Assembly: GCF_001194135.2 (NCBI RefSeq)
Contig: NC_068985.1
Span: 81,214,105 to 81,278,104, forward strand
Origin: Octopus bimaculoides
Taxonomy: Eukaryota
Direction: 5' to 3'
Length of the DNA: 64,000 bases
Shown here piece after piece: positions 23,393 to 37,270 of this stretch. Position numbers and translations under genes: made by a program. Under the pieces are notes generated by a model. It saw nothing but the letters and a program-made list of their open reading frames with translations, was not told the origin of the DNA and made no database searches. Position 1 is the stretch's first letter, and each line of letters begins with the position of its first letter.

Positions 23393-25469
23393 CTGTGTGT
23401 GTGTGTATGTGTGTCTATGTGTCTGTCCTAGTGAATGCTTACATTCTGCAATTTGCATAGAAATTGCTGACCTGTGGATAATGATATTTGTTGGTCTTTC
23501 CCTGTGAACAAATCGTCTGATACTGCTCCACTTTTGGAGATGAGTGGAATGAAAACTCCCTTATTTGAAACGCATGTAAAAGTTACCAACATGAAGTGCA
23601 TCTGGCTGGGAAACAATAGCTTGGTTATATGTATTTGTCTGAACCATGCTATCATGGAGAAAAGATGAAAAACAAAAAAAGAAAGAAGAACATAAAGTGA
23701 ATGAACAAATATACAATGGCTGTGATGATAGAAATCTATTCATAAAATATAGAAATATTAAACTCCCTAAGTTACAAACGGTGCAGTCATTGCAAGTATG
23801 CTTCAATGCTTAGACTTTATAAAAATATATTGGAAACACTGAAGATAATTGAAAACTTTCATTTTGACTTGTCTTTTTAATTTATGAATATTTCCTATAA
23901 TTTATCTTCCAGATTTGAAGTCTACTGACGTTATGAATCAAGTACTTTTAGATCAATTAAGCCATACACTTTGTGCTGGAGTGTAAAATATAAACTGCCT
24001 GGGCCATATATTTTACAAATGTGATATAAAACTAAAAGAGTCTTAAAAGTTTAAAATGATAGTGACATGTATATATAGAGGGGTGGGGCCAATAGAGAAG
24101 CAGGGAGAAGAATCAACAATATTGTTTTTGTTTTTATTATTTTTATTATTGCTTGCATTATCGTGTTTGTAAAATTAGACATAGCTGATAAAAATTGAAT
24201 TTACAGTCAATCTTCATTGATCTATAAATGTACTTCAAAGAACAGTCTATAATTTTTGTGAATAAATTATTGATATAAGCCAGGGGAAAATCATAAAATA
24301 TTAATTTATCTTTACATTTTAAAAATATAATGATATGCATCACAAGAGAGCTTACCTATTATTTATGGGAGATATTAACTGTTAGCAACTAACTTAAATC
24401 TTGCTTCATTACACATGGTTGTGTAACAGGTCAGCCAAGTTAAAATTATAAATGCTTCAGATCTACTTCAAATAGTATGTTAGCTGAGGTTTTATGATTA
24501 TCTAGGTTATCTGGGTTGAAGATCAGCAATAAGATAAGCAGAGATGATATAGAAAAACAGGATCTACATTAGAATTGTTTTGATTAAAGTATTTTAAGCT
24601 ATATTAAGCAATCAACTTATCAAACTTATCTAATTTCTCTCTAGATTTTGAAAGCATTCAACTGTTAAAGGCTTTATAAAATGGAGACGAATTTGGTAGA
24701 ACTGTTTTTTTAAAATTCCTTTTTAAATTTTAAATAGCTTCTTTTTTTTTCCATGGTGATATACAAAGGTTGGGTTGGCAAATTTTAATATGCTTTTCAT
24801 GTAATATGGAAACAGTGCCTAATTTCACCTAAGTAAACTAAATGAAGTGGTGTGAACAATGTGCTTTGTCTATGTTTACACTTAGAGTTAATCAATAGTT
24901 TAAATGATTAGGTGAGAGACTCCATTTGTCATCTGGTTTAACAACACTTATCAGCATTTCCAGCAGATTCCACTCTGTTGCAAACCTTTAGGCCAGGTTT
25001 TGTGGTTGTTTTTCTTCCTCCCCTTCCAAATATCTCTGAGGCCCTGCAAAAAAAAAAAAAAAAAAAAAAAAGGCATGGTAAATGTTCTTTATCCTTTGAC
25101 CAATTTAAAACTGGTTTTAATTCACTAAACATTTTATTGCCCACATGATGAGAGATAATCACTTTACTAAGTAGTCATACCAGTGGCTGACCCTTTTGGA
25201 GATTCAGCTATTTCTGCAGCTATTATTAATTACTAGCTTATTATCGGCTGGCTTTTAAGCTAGCTCCTTGGGCCCAACAATGACACCTCATGCATTGAGC
25301 ATAAATTAAATTATATTAAACTTGACCAATATTTTTCAAGCAATGAACAATTTTCGTCAAAACAATGATATAATCTGTTAACTTGGAACTTATTGCAAAG
25401 CTGCATGATAAACAACATTTTTTGTCTTCCCATTCGGGGGTCAGTACAATTTCTTTTTTCTGTCTAACC

Positions 25470-25477
25470 TCTTTCTT

Positions 25478-25522
<45 letters not shown>

Positions 25523-25850
25523 TTCTGTTGATTGTTTACAACCATAACCACCACCATTGCCACTACAACTACCATGCACACACCATTCAGACTTCTGATG
25601 CCACCACCATCAATACCTTTGACTTCGCTGCCTTCCCCTCCACCACCATCACCACTGTCTTTCACATCGCTTACTATCATCTTCATCCCTGACTGCCTTG
25701 GCTACTACCACCACCACCATCACCATCACCGTACCTCCACCTCTATCACAACTCATACTATTACTATCACCCCATTACCATTCACAACCGTCAATCTACT
25801 CCTCCCCATTTTTATGCCTACTATTACTCTCATCTTATCATGAGGAATAG
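25470..25850. repeat. (CT)n followed by low-complexity (CAC/CAT/TAC)-rich tract
   Basis: Degenerate trinucleotide repeat that explains the Thr/Pro/His-rich ORFs in the track. Confidence 0.8.
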
Positions 25851-27983
25851 TGAGAGAGGGGGGTCAAAGTGTGACACACTGACACACAGAAATATGTTTT
25901 GGCATCTATTATTATAGATGAAATTACTACTTTTCCTTTCAAATAAATAAATAGATAAATAAATAAATGCAATATTATTAGAACGAAATGAATGACCAAG
26001 TGGACAGACAATAAATCAATATTTCAAAATAATTTTAAATATAACCATAATTCAGTTTTTAGGCTGTGTTCAAATCAGAAACTCTTACCATAAAAGTTTC
26101 TAATTTGAAACCAGTCTGTTATTATAAACATATCAAAAAATAAAACATAGTCAGGTACTGAGCTTACAAAAATGTAGTCTAGATATGAATATTGTAAATA
26201 TGCAAAGAACTGGTCCAGAAAATTATAATCCTATAATTATAATTCTATGGGTGTAATCCTAAGTTGACTGTGATTTACTGGATGTTTGATAATTTCTAGC
26301 ACATACAGCTAATTGAGAATGAAACTCTGGCTTAAATGCAGTTGTTTATCTATGCTGGAGATAAATGTTGGTATAAACACGGCAATCCCATTTACATAAC
26401 ATCAAAAACTGCATTTCATAAGTTAACTTTCATCTGCATTATCAGAAATTAATGCAGTTCTGATCAGCTTCTGACTATAAAATTTTAAAATTTGAAGTAA
26501 AGCCTACAATGGAGAACTGCTCCTGCTTGGGTAGAAGTGTTACTGCTATACAAAGAAAAAAAAAAAAAATCTTAGATTGATTCCAAAAGGTCATCCAGCT
26601 TACTGACAAAGACTCAGTGACTGACACACTACCCATTGACACATGATGTTCCCTCACTCTCTATATTCTATACCTACTACAACAATCTTTGTTCATCTGA
26701 ACAAGTTAGTTACATGTCATCTTTCCCCACAGTTTCCTGATGCAGTTGTCTGTCCTCCTTGTATCACTCCTATGTTCTTGCTCTTATCCAGGCTCTGCAT
26801 TAACTATGGTACAATGCTATACATTTGTAGAGGAGGAAGATAGTCTCTACATACCTGGTACTTGCTGCATTGACTTGAGAGTGGTGGAAAAAATCCCTGA
26901 TGCCAGCTGGATTTGAATATATAAAACAAATGGATGTTATCATTCTTGTTACTCCATTACCATGTAGGCACAGAGACAAATATAGTAATAAACAATATGC
27001 ATTCTACATTGGTGTAGATTTGAAAAGGAACTACTAGTTATGTTAGATGAACAGCTTTAGATGGAAAAAATGGTGAAGATGAGAATAAAAAATGAGTTTA
27101 GCTCAAAGTTTTGAAAAGGTGCAAAGTTCACTAAGTCAGAAGGTTTTATGTTAATGGTATGAGATAAACATATGTCAAGAGAATTTATTTATGCAAGAAC
27201 TGTGTCTAGTTCTCAAAAGAATTCATGGTTGGAAGTAACAAACCATATTGCATAAGTTGATCCAAGATTCCAGTCTTTAGACATTTCTTAAAGCCAATAA
27301 CAAAAAGGGTGGATACAGAATAAGAAGAAAGAATTTTCATGACTCTCATACAACTGATAATTCTTTATCTATGGTCTAAAAGTGAAATCAACTTTAGAGA
27401 TAGAGAGAGAGATAGAGAGAGAGAATGAGTGTGTTTCACTGTAGTTTATAGCATTTGTTTCCTTTATAATTTTTAAACATAGTGGAGATAATAAACTAAA
27501 ATATAGGAGACAAAAGTCTGTAAATCTGCTAAGAAGTCATATTAATAGTCAGTGAATTAACAGTATAATCTAAAATAAGAGAAATATACTTTTATGTCAT
27601 TGCCATAATTCAGATGACAGTTTGCTTTTTTTATAATTTTTTTGATAGTCATATAAAAGTGATGTGCCTTTTTAATGCAGTCTGTATGAAAGGATTTATG
27701 GTTAGATTTTGGTGGAGTTTAGTAGTTAAGCAGGTCAGTTAAATTTTTGAACTATTTGCTTGGTTGACTTATCATAGATTGAGTACATGGCAATTTTAAA
27801 GAGTATTTAATTAGCAACTGAAGCAAATTAAAAGTGTGTTCTATCAGTATTATTAGAAAAAAAAAGAAGATAAAAGTGATCAAGAACTTAATGACGATCG
27901 AGCTAAAATATAATTAGCTATTTGAGTCTACAGGCAGATGTTTTGCAAATAAAAAAGAAGAGGTTTATTTTCTAGTCTGTATA

Positions 27984-28280
27984 ATGCCATCTTATAATGG
28001 ACTGGTCATATTTATAGATGAAAAAATAGATTCTAGGCCAATATGGTATACAACAATTTCTGAACTGCAAACTAAAATCTATGGCAATTGTTTTAGAGGG
28101 ACTTACTTAAGGAAAGAATTTCTCAATGGAATTAAAAGACCATATAGCCAAAAATACTGTATAAGTGTGTTGAAAAACCTAGTCTTTGGTAGAGCCACAA
28201 AGCTAATGACAAAAGTGAAAGAATATGATGGTATTGAAGAGAGAAGATTGAGGACCATAGCTAATTACTTAGATCTTTAG
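27984..28280 (+). mobile_element. Ancient RTE-like LINE remnant
   Basis: TTISELQTKIYGNCFRGTYLRKEFLNGIKRP resembles TI..RQL++YGH+.R...LEK..+.G.I.G. Confidence 0.4.
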
Positions 28281-28350
28281 AAGAGTACAATCTTCTAAAA
28301 TAATTTTGGTGTGTGTGCGTAAGACTTGTAATGAAATATCATAATTTCAA

Positions 28351-28437
28351 GTTTTTTTGTAGTCAAAGTCACATGTTTTTTTTTTTGTAGTCAAAGTCAC
28401 ATGTTTTTTTTTTTGTAGTCAAAGTCACATGTTTTTT
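28351..28437 (+). repeat. Exact triplication of a ~28-29-bp unit
   Basis: (T)n-GTAGTCAAAGTCACATG x3, differing only in T-run length. Confidence 0.9.
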
Positions 28438-29383
28438 CTAGTAGTATTTGAAGTTGTACAGTTTGATTCACTAAACTTATGATCAAAATCATTCTAAAAG
28501 ACTGAACAACCGTATAGAGTAAGGGACCCCTAAAAACCTTATATGGATCCCTGTTGAGGACCACTTATGTTGAGGTTTCCTTCAACACTTATGCTTTTGA
28601 TATTTATCATCCATTGATGTAGGTTTGACAATCAGGATGTCACCAAAAAGAAAAAAATAACAAAATAGTACTGCTCTACTACAACAATCTTTAGTGAAAG
28701 CATATGGGTTTCAACTTGAAAATACTATTGTTAGGGAAGTTAACACTCATCAGATGATAACAAATGTTATCATATATAGATGTATGCCTCTTCTCTGTAT
28801 GTAATAAATAAAAAGTCACCATAATCTGATTACACATTTCTGTAATATTAATCTTTGAAAGAAAGAAAAAATACATAGTTGAGTGCTTAAGAAGTTTTCT
28901 TTGTCCCTACATAATTCTGGTCTTGACCCACTGTGTGGAACTTTGGGCATCTCAAGATGATCACTGCTTTATGAGTGAGATTTGAGAGACAAACTATGAA
29001 GAAGTCCATTTTGTATGTGTGTGTAAAGGTGTGTAGTTTAGTGATTAGGACATTTGACTAATGATCGTAAGGTCGTAAAGTTTGACACCTGATAGCATGT
29101 TGTGTCCTCGAGCAAGAGACTTTCTTTCCTATTGCTCCAGTCCACTCCGCTAGCAAAAGTGAGTTGTACCTGTAATTGAAAGGGCCAGCCTTGTCACATT
29201 CAGTGCTACGATGAATCTTCCTGAGAACTATGTTAAGGGTACATGTGTCTGTGGAGTGCTAAGCCACTTTCACATTAGTTCCACTAGCAGGCTATTCCAC
29301 TGATCAGATCAACTGAAACTCACATCATTGCTACTGAAAGAGTGCCAGTTGAAATTGAAACACACATATACACACACACACAA

Positions 29384-29428
<45 letters not shown>

Positions 29429-29949
29429 TGTGCGTGAGTGTATACTGGTGTAAAATCTCTGGCATGTCATGCTGTATCCCTGTAAGTCACAATTTAATTT
29501 AGTCATTCAGTAGAGATCAATTAAAATCATTACCAGACTAAAATAATTACTGGGTAAATATGATTTGACAAAACCCCTTCGAAACAGTGCCCCAGCTGCA
29601 GTCAGATAATTATATCAATAAAATAATAACAGTTTATTAAAGCTAAATAGTGCAATTCACAGAAGATAACGATTTATAAATTCTTAAATTTCATTTATCC
29701 AAATGTTTAGTTAAGCTGACTACAAGGGACTCCTCATAAAAGCTGTCAGATATACTATAAATTGAATACTTCTATACAGATGTACCTGTTGTATTTTAAA
29801 TAGTCAGTGAAGACAGTTGACCCCTCTCAAAGTATCTTTTATGTAGTCATTGATTACAAAACCATTATCTGTTTTTGTCCCATAAGACCTCAGTATAATT
29901 CCTAAAACAAAAATATATTAGGGTGGCTAATATGATATCATCTGGAATG

Positions 29950-30170
29950 TAGCAAGGTGGCAAACTGGCAGAATCATTAGAATGCTGAACAAAAAAATTG
30001 CTTAGCAGCATTTTGTCTATTTTTACATTCAAATTCCACCGTGGTCAACTTTGCCTTTCATCCTGTCAGGGGCTATGAATTAAGTGCCAGTCAAGTGCTG
30101 GAGTCAATGTAATAGACTAGCCCCCTTCACCAGTATTTCAGTCCCTTGTGCCTATAGTAGAAAGGATTAT
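29950..30170 (+). mobile_element. Solo copy of the (ATT)-tailed SINE family
   Basis: gcaaactggcagaatcattag..ttcaaattccaccgtggtcaactttgcctttcatcc..cttgtgcctatagtagaaaggattat. Further partial copies at about 48830-49010 (-), 60740-60890 (-) and 62425-62590 (+). Confidence 0.75.
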
Positions 30171-33100
30171 CTGGTATGTAGCAGAATCTCAACCAATGAC
30201 CTAATATTCAGTTATAGGACAGTGAAAAACATTCAGAGTGTGTAGTATTAAAGAATATAAGCAAATAATATTTTAGTTGAAAATTTTAAGACTATACAGA
30301 AACATTTTGAAATGGGATAGAGACAAGTTCATAAAATGTATGCAACCAGCAGAACTGTTAGAGAAAGACGATGTAGCTCATACAATTGATTTGAAAGAAC
30401 AAATGTGTAATTTTTTAATTTTTCATTATATTTATGCAGATAATGAATTGTGCTTAAACAGCAAAATTCTTTTTATCTCCTATGTTAACAGAAATAGCCT
30501 ATAATCTGTTTTGTCTGTGTCTTTCGTACATGTTTCAGAAAAGAAAATGATAGGCCACTTTAACATCTTAACAATTCACAAGACTGCCATTTATAGGAAA
30601 TTTCATGTGTCTACATTCAAAATATCTAAACAATTAAAAAAAAAAAAAACCCTCACAGAAAGTATTGATGCTTAGAAATATTTTTAACTTTTATTATGCT
30701 TTGAAACTGGTTTTGTCTGAAGCTTCTATGAAAATCTTCCATTTGCTATAAATTAGATATATTGCCTTCCTTGGACATTTTTTTCTGCTTTTCCTTTTTC
30801 ATTCTTTTTGAGATTGAATGACATAAACTAAGTTGGGTGAAATATTAAGTAGCCATTGCATTTATTTAAATTGTAATATGAAGTATAAAAACATTATCAA
30901 AAAGGCATTTTCTGGAAACATGTTGTTTTAAAAATATGAGACACCAACAGGAAGCATTTTTTTGTTATTACAAAACATTCAAAGTTTCCAATAGACTAGA
31001 ATACATTTCAAAAAGACTCCAATTTACAAATGCTTAAAAGGATTTTTTCTTTTCTCTCTTAAAGCTAGTTGGCGCCATTAGAATTTGATAGCATCATTTT
31101 TCATCAACTGCAATATTTTCCTGGTAATAACGCTAGTAAGATATCACATATCATATGATCTTAACTATGAACATTTGACATTGTTGCCATTTTTGTTTTT
31201 GTTTTAAATATATCTAAAACAATTAAAAGACAAGGAAAATATCTGCAAATAGGAAACATGGATTGCAATATTTGCTGGACCAGAATGATTTTCTAATGAC
31301 CATCTGTTTTGACAGAATGCACTATTTTATGTCCTAGTCAGTGAGTATATGACGATAAGTCATAAAACTTGTCATCATATATCTGATCAAATTCCATTTG
31401 TCTTCTGCGACAATTGGGAAACTCTATATGCAAGCGAGAAATATGCCTTTCATACAAATATTATTTACTTAATTCTACTAAATCTTATTTTGTTTCTATA
31501 TTTCATTTTTTACTTCTTTTAATTTCTTTCCACTAATGAAAATCTGCTATTGACAGCTCTTGGTTGCTTTTAACTAAAGGTTTTTCTTGTAATGTTCTTT
31601 ATTTTGTTTATTTGAACAACCTGAGAGTAAATGTTATAAATTAGTCATGAATCACTCTCGTGTAACTTCAGTTTATTAAAATTATTTAAAAACTGCAAAT
31701 CTTGTATTAATGCAAATACATTTCACTAAATCCAGAGAATGGAATTAAATAATGCACACTACATGACATAGGTTCAAACCTTGCTACAGGCAGAGGACTG
31801 TACTCTGAGGCAACGCATGCCATTGTTCTGGTTGACTCAGTCAATAGAAATAAATGCTTAGTATTATAAATGGTTGAGGTGCTGGGTCACTGCTGAACAT
31901 TTTAATCTCTGTGTAGTGATACCAGGGTATGTGTGTATGCATGTGCATGTTTGTGCACGTGTGTGTGTATGTCTGTGTGTGTGTATTAATTAATCCACAT
32001 TGTTTTCTGAATCACTGAAATTTACGGATGGAACTGGTACTTATGGTGGGAAACAAATCTCTTCATGGACTGAACATTAGACTATTGCAAGTTGCATTTG
32101 TAATTGATCTTGGCTCTGCAAACCGATAGTTACTTATCAATTGCACACTACTTCCACTTCTACAGGAATCATATTTTCTCCTCCATTTTTTTCCTTCATT
32201 TGTTAGAGCAATTGATTGCACAGCCATGATACCATTCCTACTGTAAGCCATTTAACAGGAATGCTTGTTGGGACTAGTTTTTCAGCAGTCAAATAAACTG
32301 GAGCAAGTAGAGTAGTTTTTTTATTTTGTTCTGCAGCCCAACCCAGCAACTGTATTATTAAGGTCTTACATCGTCAATAGTTCAACCATTTAACATCTTA
32401 ACTATTTTCGCCCTCAATTGCTTTCATTTTTCCAATACCTTTTTTTTTAAAAATCAGGTGAGACAATGTTGGATGGACAACTGACCATTTAGTTATATGT
32501 ACAAATCTTATTATTTTCTTTGTATTGCATGTCTGTTTGAAATTACGTTTTGCTTTACTAATCTAAATCGCATTTTTGTCTTATTTCATGGCTAGATTAT
32601 TATTAGTAGTAGGAAGCTTGTCCAACTTCAAAAGTTATTGCTTCAACAGATAAACCTTCTGGTCTCTTTTCAAACATTGGAAAATGAATGTAGAACAGCA
32701 TTTGGAAAATGGTTGAGCAAATGTTCTATTTTACTTCATTGAGTAGAACATTTCTTGTTATTTCTGATTAGATTTTTTTTATTATATGCTGAGTCTGAAG
32801 AATGAAGAGGAAAGAATAGTTCATGGCCATTGAGGCACTGGTGAGATTGATGCCATTAATGTTCCTCTTGAACTTTAATGAGTCAACATTTTCAGGAAAG
32901 ACATGAGTAGAGAAGGAATTCCAGAGAGCCAACATTACGAGTCAGAAGGCTTGTCAGGGTAGTGATTAGTGCAAAGTTGATGAGGAGAGACAAGTAGGAT
33001 TGGAATATCTGAGAGGAGGTAGCTTGTTTGTAGAAGTAGAGTTCATTATAGGTAAAGTAGAAAGGCAGAGAGAGGAGGTAGCATGCCAATGGACCAGAAG

Positions 33101-34472
33101 CTGGATTGTGTCTGTGGGTGACTTTATGCTAGTCACTTAGATGGCCCATATTTGGATGTGGTCTAGGATATCTGTGTGGGCAGCACCAGCAGTACCATCC
33201 CAAATGTGAGAGCAAACTCTATTGTGGGTATTGCCAATGCTTTGCGAGGGATCAATAATTGTTAGTAGCAGGAAGGTCATCCAATAAAAAAATACATGCC
33301 CTAACAAATAAGCATTTTGACCCTATTCAAACTTCGGAATATGAATGTAAAACAGTTAAAAAAATAAAAATACTGACCAAACCCTATCTATTTTTTTCAG
33401 CAAATCAAACACTAAACATCCTCTGTTATCATTGTTCAAGTTTAATTGTTATAATGGCATTACATTTTAAACACACTTCTTCATTAAGCTACCTTTAAAT
33501 AGAAACAATGAAAGAAAGCCCTATAGAACCTATCTGGAAAAAAAAAAACCTTCTTTTCTTCCATTTTAGCTACCATGTTCTTATGGCTAAATCGATCTTT
33601 CTTCCATAAAAGATTTTATTGAAATGATTTATATGTCAAATGTAAGATGTACAACAAAAGCTGCAAAGTTCAGTGCATATCAGTTTTACAATCATAACCT
33701 GAAATTTTTCATCTTATCTATGCATGTCACACATGTTATCCATCACTAGCAGTAATCAGCAAAGACATTTAACTGAACATTCTATTGTCTTCAGGCCTTT
33801 TCTCATACAACAGATGATCAATTATCTTCCATTCATTTTGTTAATATTTTCTACTATATTTTTTAATCACTTTATTAACAATTTCATAGAGGACAGAAAC
33901 AAGAACAACAAATCAAAACCAAAAAGGTTTCATGAAAGAACATTTTGATATTAATCCTTTGTTTGTGTTGTTGTTATTGTTACTGCTGCTGCTGCTGTTG
34001 TTGTTGTTATTACTCTGTATCCCATTCCTATGTCTTCTTTTGACATCTATTTTAAGAATCACTGAAATGGATTTAAATGATTCAGAGAATGGAGAGAGAA
34101 TCTTTTCAAATAGTTGTTGTCTTTAATCTCACATACATATACTTCATGTTGGACTTCATTTATAAATTTCATGTTTGACAGTTAAGATTTCTTTAATTTT
34201 ATAAAGAAAAAAAAAATGGTTTGCTTTCTATTCATGTAATCTTGTTATTCAGTGTCTATTAATTAGTTTCCTGTTACTGAATTTATTATTAGTTTGTTAC
34301 TAATTGCTATTGCTGTTGTTACAGTTGTTATATATGAAAATTTATAGAGGAGTAACCACAGTAAATAAATGTTTAGTAGTCTTAAATTATGTCCTTTTTG
34401 ATTCTGAACTCAGATATTACTGCGGTTGATTTTGCCTTTCAGTCAAATGCACTGGAGTTCATCACAGTTTAA

Positions 34473-34655
34473 CTCTTTAACATTTAAACCGACCATATCC
34501 TGCCAAAATACTTTACCTGTTTTATGTCTAAAGTGACAAGATTCAACCTCTCACTCCTACCCAACAATGTCTTTCTAAAAGTAAACAATCACATCATCAA
34601 AACAATGTTAATAAATAGGCATTATGTTTGACATAATAATCTGAATGTTAAAGGG
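34473..34655. mobile_element. piggyBac-type MITE, same family as the outer element at 57796
   Basis: TTAA|CTCTTTAACATTT ... AATGTTAAAGGG|CTAA. The internal sequence (ccatatcctgccaaaata..cctgttttatg) is homologous to 58036-58237. Confidence 0.65.
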
Positions 34656-34764
34656 CTAAGCACTAAAATATGGTGTTGCTCATTTGGCAGGTGTCACTGA
34701 TTGTAAATGATCATTAAGGAATGAAATGGAGTATTTTACAAAGTCTAACGTTTTGACACACTGA

Positions 34765-35235
34765 GCTCTAATTGTGGAGGGTACCTGTGGAAAGGGCAGA
34801 TCCAAGAAGATATGGGATTAATTGGGGAGAAAGGATCTTTGGGTGCTGGGCCTCATTAAAGAAATGATAAGGGACCAAGAGATATGGCAGTTTGCTGTAC
34901 TTGGTAAGACACATCAACCTAAGTAAAATCACTCTTTCACACATACAGGTTTGTCCTTTCAGGTGCCAGTGCCACTTAAAAAGCACTCAAACTAGTGCTG
35001 TGTTAATACACCTGTGCAAGTGATGTGTAAATGCACCTCTGCCAGTAGCATGTAAAAAGCATCCAGCACACTCTGCTAAGTGGTTGGCATTAGGAAGGGC
35101 ATCCAGTCATAGAAAGCATTCCACAATAGAGAGTTGGAGTCTGGACAGCTCCCCGCTATCCAGCACCAAGTTAAACAATCAAACCCATACCAGCATGGAG
35201 AGTGGACGTTAAATGATGATAATGATGATGATACT
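34765..35235 (+). mobile_element. RTE LINE 3' end plus 3' UTR and (GAT)n tail
   Basis: VEGTCGKGRSKKIW..KDL..LGL..EM..DQEIWQFAVLGKT (RTE G.R.RGRP++.W motif), followed by the shared RTE tail. Confidence 0.7.
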
Positions 35236-35439
35236 TATCATCTTGTGACTAGAGCAAAATAAACGACCAACAAATACAAAATCTTAAGATTCAACATACA
35301 AAGTATAATGCTTTTTTTTATGTATATATGTGTGTGTATATATGTAAGCATATGTTTATTTGAATATGTGTGTGTTTATATATATGTTTTATATGCATAT
35401 ATATTTTATATATCTGTGTCTCTATCACTATCTTCATCC

Positions 35440-36010
35440 ATTTTAACATATATTATGTCATGCTTGCATGAGTGGACAAATCTTTAGCATCTGGTGCTTT
35501 GAATTGTTATGACTCTTTGTCATCTCTTGTATGAGATGCAACTTCTTGAAATCAGTCTTCATCTCTTGTCATCATAGGTCTCCCTCTTCCACTGGTTCTA
35601 TTAACTGAGCTTTTGACACTTCTGTTAACAGTTATCTTCTGTAAGGATCACCTGCTCATATCCGTAGTTTTGTCTTTCATAAACCACATCTGACCTTTTA
35701 TATCAAGTTCTTCATTTAGCTCATATGTACTCTGGTGTTTGTGCGCCCCAACATTACACATCTTATACAGCATGTCAGCTACATTTCTTCCTTTGTTTTC
35801 TTAAATCCTTAGCATTCAAGGCCTATATTATACTATCATGCAACATTACACTTCACATGCAAGCATCATACAACCTGCCATTCATACTGAAGGATAAGTC
35901 CTTTGATTCCAGCAGAGGTAACAGTTTTCTGAACTTTATCCAACTGTTTGTGTGTGCCAGCAATCTGAGCTGGCAGTGTTTTAGTTCAAGGACCACATTA
36001 TAACAGACAG
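35440..36010 (-). mobile_element. Degenerate RTE LINE fragment, same family as 7066
   Basis: Minus-strand reading WIKFRKLLPLLESKDLSFSMNGRLYDACM... Confidence 0.75.
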
Positions 36011-36309
36011 TTTTGTAATACAGCTTCTCATTTGATACTTTGACAAGAAGATGTGACAGATTTTCCTTAAGCATCTACTGTGGATAGCAATGATCTTATT
36101 TATGTTTGCTTTCTTGACTTGCAGCACTCTATACATCGAGATATATTCAAATTTATGTATCTTAATATGTGTGTGTGTGTGTGTGTGTGTACTTGATACT
36201 ATGTAAAAAGCATCCAGTACACTCTGCAAAGTGGTTGGTGTTAGGGAGCACATCCAACCATAGAACCCATGCCAGCATGGAAAATGAACTTTAAATGGTG
36301 ATGATGGTG

Positions 36310-36366
<57 letters not shown>

Positions 36367-36410
36367 TGTAACTCAAGCCACTAGAGCATATAACTTCACA
36401 CACATATGTA

Positions 36411-36452
<42 letters not shown>

Positions 36453-36525
36453 TACACACACACACACACACACATACAAAACATTTGTCATATTTACAAT
36501 TTTTTCTAATTTTTCTTTTCTCATT

Positions 36526-36565
36526 TTATTTTTGATGAAGGGCTTATGTCCAAAATATTAAGACA
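36526..36565 (+). ncRNA. Heavily decayed Penelope-type hammerhead remnant (probably inactive)
   Basis: The sequence ttgatga-a-gggc-ttat-gtcc-aaaa-tatt-aagac fits CUGAUGA-N-stem II-GAAA-CGUH with C3->T and changes at CpG positions. Stem II (GGGC/GTCC) is still paired. Confidence 0.35.
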
Positions 36566-36859
36566 CTTCTATTTCTCAGAGTATAGTATTAATAAACTAT
36601 ATCCTTTATATCTGTTACATCTGGTTCTCAGGCTGGATAGCACATAGTGCTCTTGAGCAAAATACTTCGCTTCACAATGCACCAGCTCATGCAAATGAAG
36701 GTGCATACCAGTGATATTTAGGAATTAACCTTGTGATGTACCAGCATCTCAGCCAGAAGAGAGTATTGAATTTTCAGTTGCTTATATGCCACAGAAAATG
36801 AGGTTTATGTCTTAATATTATATATACATTGCATAACCAACCCATTTAAAAAGTATCTT

Positions 36860-37270
36860 TGAATTGTCGAGCGACACACCATGCTTGAGGAGACCTATTG
36901 ATTCAAGTAAAATCAAAATCAAAATCACAATCAGAATCTCAATCAAATTGAAATCAAAATGGAAATTGTAGTTGTGGCCGATGCCAGTGCTGCCTGATTG
37001 GCTCCCATGCTGGTGGCACACAATAAGCACCATTCATGCGTGGGTCGATGCCAGTGCCGCCTGACTGGCTCCCCGTGCTGGTGGCACAGAAAAATCAACC
37101 ACTACACTCTCAGGGTGGTTGGCGTTAGGAAGGGCATCCGACTGTAGAAAACCTTGCCAGATCAGATTGGAGCCTGGTGCAGCCTTCTGGCTTGCCAGTT
37201 TCCCAGTCAAACCATCCAACCCATGCCAGCATGGAAAACGGATGTTAAACGATGATGATGATGATCATCA
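36860..37270 (+). mobile_element. RTE-related 3' tail element with tandem structured units and (GAT)n tail
   Basis: Two ~68-bp units gccgatgccagtgccgcctgactggctcc..gtgctggtggcac, then ..ggttggcgttaggaagggcatcc..ccaacccatgccagcatggaaaacggatgttaaac(gat)n. Related tails at about 49300-49510, 35040-35230, 36200-36310 and 59860-60030. Confidence 0.75.

Noticed and set aside
28700-28765. Minus-strand CUGAUGA...GAAA
   Set aside because: Stem II is not closed next to the core, and there is no stem III or cleavage triplet pairing.
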